From positions 1,856,001 to 1,920,000 of the forward strand of contig CP084167.1 of assembly GCA_021513715.1 (NCBI GenBank): 64,000 nucleotides of DNA. The letters run 5' to 3'. Below the pieces are notes generated by a model. The model was given only the letters and a program-made list of their open reading frames with translations, did no database searches and was not told where the DNA came from. Shown piece after piece: positions 20,002 to 28,848 of the stretch. This stretch comes from Candidatus Heimdallarchaeum endolithica (GTDB taxonomy: Archaea; Asgardarchaeota; Heimdallarchaeia; Heimdallarchaeales; Heimdallarchaeaceae). Both the position numbers and the translations under genes were made by a program. Position 1 is the stretch's first letter; each line of letters opens with the position of its first letter.

Positions 20002-20472
20002 ATGAGCTTGGATAAAGAAGAATTTTTTGCAAGACTAGCAATTGAAGCAAATGAATTAAAACGTGAGCTTCCCACTTTTAAACCAATTGATGGAGATATG
20101 ACGCATTTACGTGGATTTATTTTTGGAACAGGTCTTTATGAAGGAGGAGTATTTGTTTTAGACATAATAATTCCAAGAGAATACCCATTTAAACCTCCAA
20201 AAGTGGAATGCTTAACGAAAATTTTTCATCCTAATTTCTTTAATCGAAGAATTTGTGTTGGGGTTTTAGGCGCAGATTGGACACCTGCAAATAATCTCGT
20301 TGATGTAATCGAAAGCATAAGGTTTTTACTTGGCGAACCAAACCCTGATGACCCCTTAAATTCCACAGCAGCTAACTTAATGAAAAGGGACCCTAAAGCG
20401 TTTGAACAAAAAGCCAGAGAATATGTAGAAAAATACGCATCATTTAGTCAAATACAAGAATATGGGTTATGA
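20002..20472 (+). CDS. Ubiquitin-conjugating enzyme E2
   Basis: GT.LYEGG.F, YPFKPPKV, IFHPN....ICV..L...WTPA, EPNPDDPLN..AA; catalytic Cys present. Confidence 0.95.
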   Translation: MSLDKEEFFARLAIEANELKRELPTFKPIDGDMTHLRGFIFGTGLYEGGVFVLDIIIPREYPFKPPKVECLTKIFHPNFFNRRICVGVLGADWTPANNLVDVIESIRFLLGEPNPDDPLNSTAANLMKRDPKAFEQKAREYVEKYASFSQIQEYGL

Positions 20473-20512
20473 TTTTAACTATTTAAAAAAATGTTTTTTA
20501 ACTTTATATTTC

Positions 20513-21516
20513 AAGCATGTCCAAAAATTAATTTTTATTAATGTGGGGGTTTATGTCGGAAGTATGAATTTCTTTCAGATCATAGACCCCCACAAAGCAA
20601 GAGAATTCATAATCATTAATGAACCTTTCCTTAAGAAACTGGTGAAAGAGGAACCGAGAGAAAGCAAGAGAGGGAGAAAGAGAATAGCAGAAAGATGGGT
20701 GATACTGGCTTTAGCAATCATTGCTAGAATAGAAGGGATAGCTTGGAGGAAGTTAGAGGAAAAGTTGTCTTTATGCGATTTTTTGATAGAAGAGGGGTGG
20801 ATGAAGAAGATTCCTTCTAAATCTACTTTTCATGCAGTGTGGAGAGCGACAGAAAGTAAAATCTTAGAGCAGTGGATAATAGATTTAGGTAGGGAAATAG
20901 TGAGGAAAAAAGGCTTGAAAGCTATGGCAGTGGATAGTTCAGGGTTTAAAATCCGTCAAGCTTCTGTTTGGCGTTTTCTCAAATGGTCAAGAGGGACACT
21001 AAAGAAAACCTCTAAACTTTTCTGGAAGATACACCTTATAGTTGGTTTACCCTCTCGAGCTATAGTCTCTCTCGCTCATTCTGCTAGTAACACTCACGAT
21101 AGTAAAGTCTTCGGTTTACTCTGGCAGAAACTTCCTTCTGCACTCTTGAGACCTTTCTTGCGATTTTATGGAGACTGTGCCTACTGGACAGAAAATATCG
21201 TTGGACTTCTTAGCCAACATTCCTTTTTCCCTGTTATTCCCCCAAAAAGTAATGCTCGTTATCCCTCTCCTCCTCCCCTCGGACCAATAGTTCAAGCTCA
21301 TCGTCTCTACCCTGGTCTGTATCGTCGTAATCATCATCCCGAGTATCGTAGTAGTATTGAACACGTCTTTGGTCTCCTTAAACTCTCTCTTCCCCCAATC
21401 CTTGATCGTTTACCCTCCACCATTCTCTCTACCTTGTACAGTTCTCTTCTCTGTTACAACTACCTTTTACTCCTTCGGACCGTTTAGTTGGTGAAAAAGA
21501 ATTTTTGGACATGCTT
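20513..21516 (+). mobile_element. IS5-family insertion sequence, 1004 bp
   Basis: Perfect 17-bp TIR AAGCATGTCCAAAAATT (20513-20529 / 21500-21516); 6-bp direct repeat TATTTC (20507-20512 / 21517-21522). Confidence 0.92.
20564..21487 (+). CDS. DDE transposase (IS5 family)
   Basis: AVDSSG, KIHL, HDS, GDCAY, YRSSIEHVF; first in-frame ATG inside the TIR. Confidence 0.88.
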   Translation: MNFFQIIDPHKAREFIIINEPFLKKLVKEEPRESKRGRKRIAERWVILALAIIARIEGIAWRKLEEKLSLCDFLIEEGWMKKIPSKSTFHAVWRATESKILEQWIIDLGREIVRKKGLKAMAVDSSGFKIRQASVWRFLKWSRGTLKKTSKLFWKIHLIVGLPSRAIVSLAHSASNTHDSKVFGLLWQKLPSALLRPFLRFYGDCAYWTENIVGLLSQHSFFPVIPPKSNARYPSPPPLGPIVQAHRLYPGLYRRNHHPEYRSSIEHVFGLLKLSLPPILDRLPSTILSTLYSSLLCYNYLLLLRTV

Positions 21517-21660
21517 TATTTCATTAAATAGTAGTTGTAATACGTGCATGTTGTTTCTAATGTTACTTATTTTAAATTGTATTAAATGCTAAGGTGAAAT
21601 GAACAACTGTGTTCATAGTATAATACATTACAATAATAGACATATTTAGGAAGTGAAAAA

Positions 21661-22269
21661 TTGAGCCTTGATCAAGTAAAAGGAGTAATCGAGATTGCAG
21701 GAGTAAAGTTTAGTGCATCTCAATTAATCAAAAGTTTAATAGATCAAGGTTTTTCAGTTTCATTTAATAATGGAAATTTACGCGTAGGACAAAGATTTTT
21801 GAAACCAGAACCTTTTATTGATAAAGAATATAAAACTTGTCCAATTATTGATGTATGTAAAAAATATGACGAAATTATCAAGGATGCCAAAAGAAAAATC
21901 CAATTTCCCCAATATATCAACAATAAGGAATTAATTGAAAAATCTGCATGCCGGCCTAAAAACTATGAACAAGGTACAACAATAAAAGATGAAATCTACG
22001 AAGATAATATTAATATTGACGATGAAATTTTTGATTATCCCCCTCTAAAAAAATCGCCTCTTGGCTTTTCAGACAAAAAGCAGAAAACACCTTCTCTAGC
22101 TTATGAGCAAGGAAATACATTTACTGAACCAAAGGAAATGATTGGAATAGGGACTTTGACTTTTGGACGCCCTATATCATCAAACAGAACAACTTGCTCT
22201 AAATGTGGAGCGATTGTGAACGAAGGTTGGCAATATTGTGGAAAATGTGGGAGTTATATAGAAAGATAA
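21661..22269 (+). CDS. Hypothetical protein with C-terminal double zinc ribbon
   Basis: CSKCG...YCGKCG at the C-terminus. Confidence 0.7.
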   Translation: MSLDQVKGVIEIAGVKFSASQLIKSLIDQGFSVSFNNGNLRVGQRFLKPEPFIDKEYKTCPIIDVCKKYDEIIKDAKRKIQFPQYINNKELIEKSACRPKNYEQGTTIKDEIYEDNINIDDEIFDYPPLKKSPLGFSDKKQKTPSLAYEQGNTFTEPKEMIGIGTLTFGRPISSNRTTCSKCGAIVNEGWQYCGKCGSYIER

Positions 22270-22279
22270 CTTATCTTAA

Positions 22280-23572
22280 CTACTCTGCATCCACACACCC
22301 TTCAGGAGTAATTGCAAAAATAGCCTCTGATTCAGGTAAAACAGGAGAGTCATAAACTCGAATGATTCTTTTTTCACCTTTGCTTTTTCTTAGATAAAAC
22401 CTTGTTGTAGCCCAGTGACCCATTATATTTCCCCCAATTGCTTGAGTTGGATCACCAAAAAAAGCCCCAGGATTTGATTGTACTTGATTTGTTATAACCA
22501 CTGCAACATTATATGTATCTGCTATTCTACCTAGAATGCCTAAGTGGTAGTTCATAGTTTGTTGTCTTTCTGCTAATGTTCCTCTTCCTGCATATTCTGC
22601 TCGAAAGTGTGCTGTTGCAGAGTCAACAACCACAAGTCCATATTCATCTTTTTGGTTGAAAAATAACTCTAACAGTCTTTCTGATAAAGTCATTTGATGA
22701 TCAGAATTATATGCCCTTGCATAACTAATATCTTTTAGTACATCCTCAAAAGATTTTTTCCAACCTAATTCCCGTTGAAAACGTTCATGAATTGCTTTTA
22801 TCCTGCTTGGAGAAAAGGTCCCTTCTGTATCAATAAATACTGCTTTTTTTCCAGCTCCTCCTAATTCAATAGGTAGTTGGACAGTAACGCAAAGTTGGTG
22901 ACAAAGTTGAGATTTTCCTGACCTAAATGGACCGAAAAGTTCTATAGTTTCACCAAGTCTTACACCAGAAACCCCTAGTTCATCAATTGTAGTTAGTGCA
23001 TCAATATTTTTTACACCATATGTAAAACTAAGTATGGATTTCTGCTTTTCTAAAACATCCAAAGCGTTAACAAATTCTATTCCCCCACGGAGTTCTTTTA
23101 ATGCTTCCTTATATTTTTGTGCTGCAGCAGCAGTTATACCATATTTTTCTTCTAATTCTCTAATTGGAGTTGTTTCTATTAAGTAGACATTAAGTCCTTT
23201 TTCTCTTAACGTTTCTGCCGTTTTCCCACCAATACCTGGTATATCTTCTAAGTTTATCTCTTCTTTAAAATACTTATATTTAGGAACCATTTTTTTGATG
23301 GCTTCACGAATTTTTTTGGCAGTAGCTCTTTTTACACCCATAGACTGAAGTTCAAGAAGACTTGTTGTCATTATTTGATCAACATTTGTTATATTATTTT
23401 CTTCAAGAATCTTTGCTGTTTTATCTCCAAGTCCAGGAATGTCTTTTAGAGAAATACTTTCTACATCTATAAGAGATTCATCATTTTCTCCTTTTTCAAT
23501 AGATTCCTCATAGAACTCTTCAGCTTCTTTCACAAGATCTTCATCTTCATCTTTTTTACTCATATTGTGCAC
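22280..23572 (-). CDS. radA: DNA repair recombinase RadA with duplicated N-terminal HhH domain
   Basis: ELFGPFRSGKSQLCHQL, IDTEGTF, ARAYNSDHQ, VVDS, FRAEYAGRGTLAERQQ, TNQV, DSP.LPE.E. Confidence 0.93.
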   Translation of the reverse strand: MHNMSKKDEDEDLVKEAEEFYEESIEKGENDESLIDVESISLKDIPGLGDKTAKILEENNITNVDQIMTTSLLELQSMGVKRATAKKIREAIKKMVPKYKYFKEEINLEDIPGIGGKTAETLREKGLNVYLIETTPIRELEEKYGITAAAAQKYKEALKELRGGIEFVNALDVLEKQKSILSFTYGVKNIDALTTIDELGVSGVRLGETIELFGPFRSGKSQLCHQLCVTVQLPIELGGAGKKAVFIDTEGTFSPSRIKAIHERFQRELGWKKSFEDVLKDISYARAYNSDHQMTLSERLLELFFNQKDEYGLVVVDSATAHFRAEYAGRGTLAERQQTMNYHLGILGRIADTYNVAVVITNQVQSNPGAFFGDPTQAIGGNIMGHWATTRFYLRKSKGEKRIIRVYDSPVLPESEAIFAITPEGCVDAE

Positions 23573-23647
23573 CGATAACTAAGTAAATTACCTTAACTAA
23601 CATAGATAGATTAAGCTATATAAAGTTAGTATTTTTTTAAAGATTTT

Positions 23648-24169
23648 TTAATAGTCTACTCCTTTCCTTGCAAAGATTCCTTTCTGGAAGGGGTGTCTAA
23701 TTTCTTTAATTACTAGATCAGAATCTATATTCTTGAAATCCTTGGATATTAGCCGCCCAGTAATAATTATTTTTTCGCTTGTTTGCTCAATTAAGGGGTA
23801 AATGTCTTTAATTTGCACAAGCTTATAATATAACACAAATCCTAACTCATCAAGGATTAACACATCATTTTTTGTATTTTTAATGTATTCTTTTACAATA
23901 GATATTTGCTCTTTGATGAATTCTCTAAACTCTTTTTCATTTTTCTGTGGAATAAAAAATTTTTCTTTTCCTATAGTAAACCAATTAAGATTAAATTTCT
24001 CTTTAATATACTTACACTCTCCACATTCTTTTCCTGTTTTCAGGAATTGAATTACTGTTACTTTTTTATTATCTATTAGAGATCTAAGTATTTTACCAAC
24101 AGCGTTTGTTGTCTTTCCTCTACCGTCCCCCCAAATAATTTCGATTTGCACCATAGAGATATAAAACAA
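23648..24169 (-). CDS. CobO/BtuR-type corrinoid adenosyltransferase
   Basis: GDGRGKTT, QFLK, ILDE, TGR, HPF.KG..ARKGVDY. Confidence 0.85.
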   Translation of the reverse strand: MFYISMVQIEIIWGDGRGKTTNAVGKILRSLIDNKKVTVIQFLKTGKECGECKYIKEKFNLNWFTIGKEKFFIPQKNEKEFREFIKEQISIVKEYIKNTKNDVLILDELGFVLYYKLVQIKDIYPLIEQTSEKIIITGRLISKDFKNIDSDLVIKEIRHPFQKGIFARKGVDY

Positions 24170-24225
24170 ATAAATATATATTAAGATTATCAGATGCTTT
24201 ATTTTTTATAAATAGATAAAACAAA

Positions 24226-24253
24226 TATTTCTATTTCAAATAAAATAGAAATA
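24226..24253. promoter_or_regulatory. 11-6-11 inverted repeat in a divergent promoter region
   Basis: TATTTCTATTT-CAAATA-AAATAGAAATA. Confidence 0.35.
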
Positions 24254-24345
24254 AATTTGATTCTATTATTTATTAACCCAAAACTTTTTTACAGATTTTT
24301 AACAAACTTGTACCATAAAGTAGCTTCATTCAAAATAATATAAAA

Positions 24346-25356
24346 GTGGTTACCGTGTCAGAAATAGTACAAGAAATAATTGATTCTGGTGCAATTTATC
24401 TAGTTAATCCAGCTTTAATTCAAACAACAGTAGATGACTTTTTAGATAAATATGGACATTTATTAGATGTAATTGGTTTATATGCAAAAGGGAGTAATGG
24501 TTTCACTTTTTTCCCCAGTAATAATGCCCCAAAACACCCAAATTTAAGCATTTATTTCCATTCCTTCTGCACCATTGCAGATAATATGGGAATAAAAGTT
24601 GATGCTTTTAGTCATGTACATCGAGACAGTTTTTTGGTTCAGAATGCTGATTTCAGAGTACAAAGTAGTGATGGCGAGAAAATTGATTTATTTGCATGCC
24701 CTAGCCATCCTTATATTAATCAATATAACTCTGCAATAGTTTCAGAGATAGTACAATATCCAGTAAATAAATTAGTTTTAGACAACATTTTATTTGCAAA
24801 TTTAAAAGCATGTTTCTGTGATAGATGTAGAAGATTATTTGCACAAAAGTGGAATATTGAACGAGATTTCAGTTATGATTTCTTAAAATCTAGAGATTTC
24901 TATGATAATTGGGTTGAATTTAGAACAACACTAATAGAAAATACTTTAAGAGAAATCACAGATTCGATGAAACGGATCAAGAATGTTGACTTAGCATTTA
25001 TAATTAAGGCAGATAAAGAAACCGATTATTTAACTGGAACAGAAAAAGTTTTTGGGCAAAACATAGCAAATATGCTTAAGATTACAAACAACTTAATAAT
25101 TCATGTTAATCCGTGGACAGAGATTCCATCTGCTGATAGCGAAGATTTTCAAATTCTTATTAATTCCCTTTCGTCACTATTAGAACTATCAAAAACAGGA
25201 GTTGACCATTCATTACTTTTCTGGGGTGTAAATAACAAAGAAAAATTGGATCTTGTTTTAAAATTAAGTGAGAATTTAAACCCAAATAATATTTATATTC
25301 AAGATATTAAGCCAACAGATTTCACAAAGTTAAGGCAAATTAATTTAGGTTTTTAA
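24346..25356 (+). CDS. Hypothetical TIM-barrel/glycoside-hydrolase-like protein with Cys cluster
   Basis: ACPS.P, VLD, CFCDRCRRLF, W.EFR pattern seen in GH-like proteins. Confidence 0.5.
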   Translation: MVTVSEIVQEIIDSGAIYLVNPALIQTTVDDFLDKYGHLLDVIGLYAKGSNGFTFFPSNNAPKHPNLSIYFHSFCTIADNMGIKVDAFSHVHRDSFLVQNADFRVQSSDGEKIDLFACPSHPYINQYNSAIVSEIVQYPVNKLVLDNILFANLKACFCDRCRRLFAQKWNIERDFSYDFLKSRDFYDNWVEFRTTLIENTLREITDSMKRIKNVDLAFIIKADKETDYLTGTEKVFGQNIANMLKITNNLIIHVNPWTEIPSADSEDFQILINSLSSLLELSKTGVDHSLLFWGVNNKEKLDLVLKLSENLNPNNIYIQDIKPTDFTKLRQINLGF

Positions 25357-25357
25357 A

Positions 25358-26764
25358 ATGAAGGGAATTGAAGACGCAGTCGAAGAGATAAAACAAATGT
25401 TTTGGGGAGTTTTAAAGGGAAGTTATAATCCTGAGGAAGAAGAAGATGTAAAAGTAAGACTTATTACTGCATTATCAAGTTTAACTGCATTTGCAAAATC
25501 ATTTTTGCCAGAGGAACAACAGCAAGAGTATGAAGAACAATTTTCTCAAGCGCGTAGTATTTTACAACGATTTGATTCTGCAGGCCCCTGGTTCAGAGAA
25601 CTCCCAGAGATGATAGACGCTGTCTATAATATTCTTACTTATGCAAATGTTCTGCAAATCGAAGTACAACGATATAAAGACCTTAATAATGATGCATTAC
25701 AATACTATAACATAAAACTTGAAAAAATGGAAATGAAACTAAACTCACTTGAAAATGAACTTAGAAAAATAAAAACTTACATTAAGGAGAAAAGTACTAA
25801 AGAAGAACTAAAAGAAAGTGAAACAACTGAAGAAGAAAAAGAAGAAAAACTTCTTCAAACTCAAGATACTTCAGAGAAAGAAATTATAATTCAAGCAGAG
25901 GAGGAAGTAAAAGAAGAATCAAAGCTTTTACAAACTGAAGAAGCTATTAGAATTGAAGAGCCAGAAACAACTAAAGAAATTTCAATCTCTGAATTAGAGG
26001 AGGTACCAACTGAAAAAATCAGTACTACCCCCAGCAATATTTCTGAAGAAGACATCAATTTAATTGAAGGAATTGAACTTGCGTCAAAACTTGAAGAAGA
26101 CCACATTCCTATAAAAGAAAGTTTGGAAACAGAGAGTGAAAGCTTACAAAAACTTGCAAACTTACTTCAAGCTCTTGATCCTGGAGACGATTTAGTCTTA
26201 TCTCCACTAACCCAAAAGCTATTAAAGCTAAGCGTTGATGAGGAAAAAACAGAGATAATTGAAGAAAAAAGGCATGAATTACAAATTGACACCCAAGAAC
26301 AAGTTGGTACAGAATTAGAAACAGTTTCAGAGACAACAGATGTCAGTGTTCCTTCATCAGTAGATAGATTGAGTGACATCTTAGCATCTCCAGATAAAGT
26401 ACAAGATGCAGCAACATTTATCTCAGCCATTCGAGACACAATTGAACAAGTAGCAAAACAAACAGATGATGATTCAACATCTACTCCATTAACAAGAATA
26501 ATTGAAGCAGAAACTGGTCAAACTGATGAAACTCCCCTAAGTATCACAGATATCGAAAATATAATTAGTCATTTAGAAAATAAGAGAGAAAATGCAATAG
26601 AACGAGTTAAAAAACTCGAAAAAATAATAGCAACAGAAAAGATGGATGAAGCAGAATGGCAAGATTTAATGATAAATGCACAGCAACACCTCCTACGAAT
26701 AGAAGATACCCTCGATGGCTATAAGAGGGTATTAAATAAGCTAAGAATGCAATTAGAAAAATGA
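25358..26764 (+). CDS. Acidic coiled-coil hypothetical protein
   Basis: Helical N-domain, coiled coils, long E/T-rich region; translationally coupled to its neighbours. Confidence 0.7.
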   Translation: MKGIEDAVEEIKQMFWGVLKGSYNPEEEEDVKVRLITALSSLTAFAKSFLPEEQQQEYEEQFSQARSILQRFDSAGPWFRELPEMIDAVYNILTYANVLQIEVQRYKDLNNDALQYYNIKLEKMEMKLNSLENELRKIKTYIKEKSTKEELKESETTEEEKEEKLLQTQDTSEKEIIIQAEEEVKEESKLLQTEEAIRIEEPETTKEISISELEEVPTEKISTTPSNISEEDINLIEGIELASKLEEDHIPIKESLETESESLQKLANLLQALDPGDDLVLSPLTQKLLKLSVDEEKTEIIEEKRHELQIDTQEQVGTELETVSETTDVSVPSSVDRLSDILASPDKVQDAATFISAIRDTIEQVAKQTDDDSTSTPLTRIIEAETGQTDETPLSITDIENIISHLENKRENAIERVKKLEKIIATEKMDEAEWQDLMINAQQHLLRIEDTLDGYKRVLNKLRMQLEK

Positions 26765-27192
26765 GAAAAATGGTTAATTTTGTTCACTTTTATTTTGGAG
26801 ATGCCGATGAAACATTTTTTACGGGAATAGGAACAGTAATTAGAGCTTTGGGGCATGGAAAGAAGGTTAATATTATTTTAACTGATGAAAAATTCAAATG
26901 GGTAGAAAAAATACCTAAGGAAAAAAATAATCTAAGAATCTTTAAGGTAAAATGTAAGAACGACATTCATTTATTGGGAAAAAGATCAAAGTTCGAAGAT
27001 TTAATACTAATTTCAAATATTGATGTTCTTATTCAAAAAAAATGGATTACAGTTGAGTATTTAATAGATATTGTGTTAAAACTAAAAGAAAAAAGTGAAG
27101 TGATCATCACAAGTTTTTCTTTCCACAAAGCACTAGCAGATATTGCAGACTATTGCTCTCATTTTCAAAAAAGGAACAATATCCAAATTTAG
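26761..27192 (+). CDS. Degenerate CobO/BtuR-like protein
   Basis: G...RALGHGKKV and EVIIT....L.DIADY.S match the CobO fold, but the P-loop is lost (GDADETFF). Confidence 0.55.
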   Translation: MRKMVNFVHFYFGDADETFFTGIGTVIRALGHGKKVNIILTDEKFKWVEKIPKEKNNLRIFKVKCKNDIHLLGKRSKFEDLILISNIDVLIQKKWITVEYLIDIVLKLKEKSEVIITSFSFHKALADIADYCSHFQKRNNIQI

Positions 27193-27360
27193 CAGTAATT
27201 TTTCAGAGATAGAACAGTATTTAGAACACCAAATATATTTTTGATTTTCTTTCATTGATCTTTTCCTAAAACATAAAGGTTTTTTCTTTATTATTACCCC
27301 CAGTTCATATTTTTTAATGCCTTAGATAGTTTTTTATAGTCTTATTAAAAAAAATTAGTT

Positions 27361-27795
27361 ATGCAATTTAGAATTGATTCTTCTAGAGGATTACATTTTA
27401 TAAAACTAGAACCAGGAGAAGATATTCTTCCTGAACTTAAGAAATATTGTCAAAAACATAATATAAAATCTGGATATATTCAAGGAATTGGAGCAGTTAA
27501 AGAGGTAACTCTTGGTTATTTTGATATAGAAAAGAAACAATATTTACGAAACAATATAAGAATCAATGCAGAAATGTTAAGTTGTTTAGGAAATATTTCT
27601 AAGAACAAAAATACTGGAGAATACATTATCCATTGTCATATCATTTTAGGCGATAATGATTTTAGAGTTATTGGGGGACATCTCTTTGAAAATACAATAA
27701 TTTCTGTTACTGGAGAATTTGTCATTACAGAATCAAAAGAGGAAATTTATCGTTCTCTTGATGATAAATTTAATCTTTCACTTCTTAAACTATAA
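27361..27795 (+). CDS. PPC/DUF296 domain protein
   Basis: L.PGEDI, GIGA, E..S..GN, HCH, GGHL, VTGE. Confidence 0.88.
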   Translation: MQFRIDSSRGLHFIKLEPGEDILPELKKYCQKHNIKSGYIQGIGAVKEVTLGYFDIEKKQYLRNNIRINAEMLSCLGNISKNKNTGEYIIHCHIILGDNDFRVIGGHLFENTIISVTGEFVITESKEEIYRSLDDKFNLSLLKL

Positions 27796-27800
27796 AAAAA

Positions 27801-27813
27801 TGAACAATGTTCA
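27801..27813. terminator. Short palindrome between convergent genes, flanked by A/T runs
   Basis: TGAACA-A-TGTTCA. Confidence 0.3.
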
Positions 27814-27830
27814 AGATTTATTTTTTGATT

Positions 27831-28790
27831 TTATAACTCTAGATTGATAACTTTATGCTTTTCTATACTTTTCATGGCTAAAACGGCAATATTTAGGGCT
27901 TTAATACCATCGTCAGAACTAACTGGCGGAGTTTTATCATATAAGCATGCAGAGACAAATGCATTTAATTCAGCACTTAAAGGTTCTTTCCAAGGGATTT
28001 TACGTTTTTTAATGAATTCTCCATCTTCAACAATAAATTCTTGACTCATAAAGTCTGCTTCAACGATGCCATGTTCACATGTCAACATTAATTTTCTAAA
28101 TTTGTGTGGTGTTAAGTAATTACTTTCAATAAATCCTGTAACCCCATCACCAAAATCAAGCAGTATTTCTGCATAATCGTAATATTTGTGACGTAATTTA
28201 CCTCCACGAGTGTAAACAGCAACAGGGTCTTTTCCAACCATAAATCTAAAACCATCTATATCATGAATACTAACATCACGTACAACATCAACATCCTTCA
28301 GTCTATCTGGCCAATAAGGCCCTAGTCTCCTAGCACTAAGTAAAACAACGTCACCTAGTTCCTTATTTTCAATTAATTGTCTTGATCTTTGTGTAACAGG
28401 ATTGAAGCGTTCAATAAACCCAACACCTACTTTCTTTCCACTTTTTTTCTCTACATCAATTACTTTTTTGGCTTCTTCAACTGTGCTAGTCATTGGTTTT
28501 TCAATGAAAACATGCTTTCCAGCTTCAAGAGCTTTTATTGCTAATTCAGCGTGTGTTGTTGTAGGAGACGCAATTGATACCATTTCAACTTCTTCATTTT
28601 TTAACAAAGAATCTAAATCCGAAAATGCATTGATCTTATGCTGCTTAGCTAATATTCTTGCTCGTTCTTCAGAAACATCATAAATTCCTACCAAATTAGC
28701 TTTTTCAGATTCACTATAAACTCGTACATGATTTTTTCCCCAACTCCCTGTTCCAATTACTGCAACACCTAATTTTTTCATAATAAACAC
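27831..28790 (-). CDS. Gfo/Idh/MocA oxidoreductase (nucleotide-sugar dehydrogenase-like)
   Basis: GTGSWGKNH, GKHVFIEKP, GFIERFNP, D..IHDID. Confidence 0.9.
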   Translation of the reverse strand: MFIMKKLGVAVIGTGSWGKNHVRVYSESEKANLVGIYDVSEERARILAKQHKINAFSDLDSLLKNEEVEMVSIASPTTTHAELAIKALEAGKHVFIEKPMTSTVEEAKKVIDVEKKSGKKVGVGFIERFNPVTQRSRQLIENKELGDVVLLSARRLGPYWPDRLKDVDVVRDVSIHDIDGFRFMVGKDPVAVYTRGGKLRHKYYDYAEILLDFGDGVTGFIESNYLTPHKFRKLMLTCEHGIVEADFMSQEFIVEDGEFIKKRKIPWKEPLSAELNAFVSACLYDKTPPVSSDDGIKALNIAVLAMKSIEKHKVINLEL

Positions 28791-28848
28791 TATTAACTTT
28801 TTTTGAGTTAAATAGAGTAAAATTATTTATAAATATTTCTTTATAGAA

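Noticed and set aside
20462-20563. ORF-track start of the transposase at 20462
   Set aside because: Lies outside the left TIR; a chance in-frame extension.
21599-21616. ATGAAC-N6-GTTCAT palindrome upstream of 21661
   Set aside because: Possible operator, but only 6-bp arms and no regulator nearby; too weak to call.
24226-24253. Xer dif site (11-6-11 geometry)
   Set aside because: Lacks the TAA-N6-TTA core, is very low complexity and lies in a divergent promoter; kept only as a possible operator.
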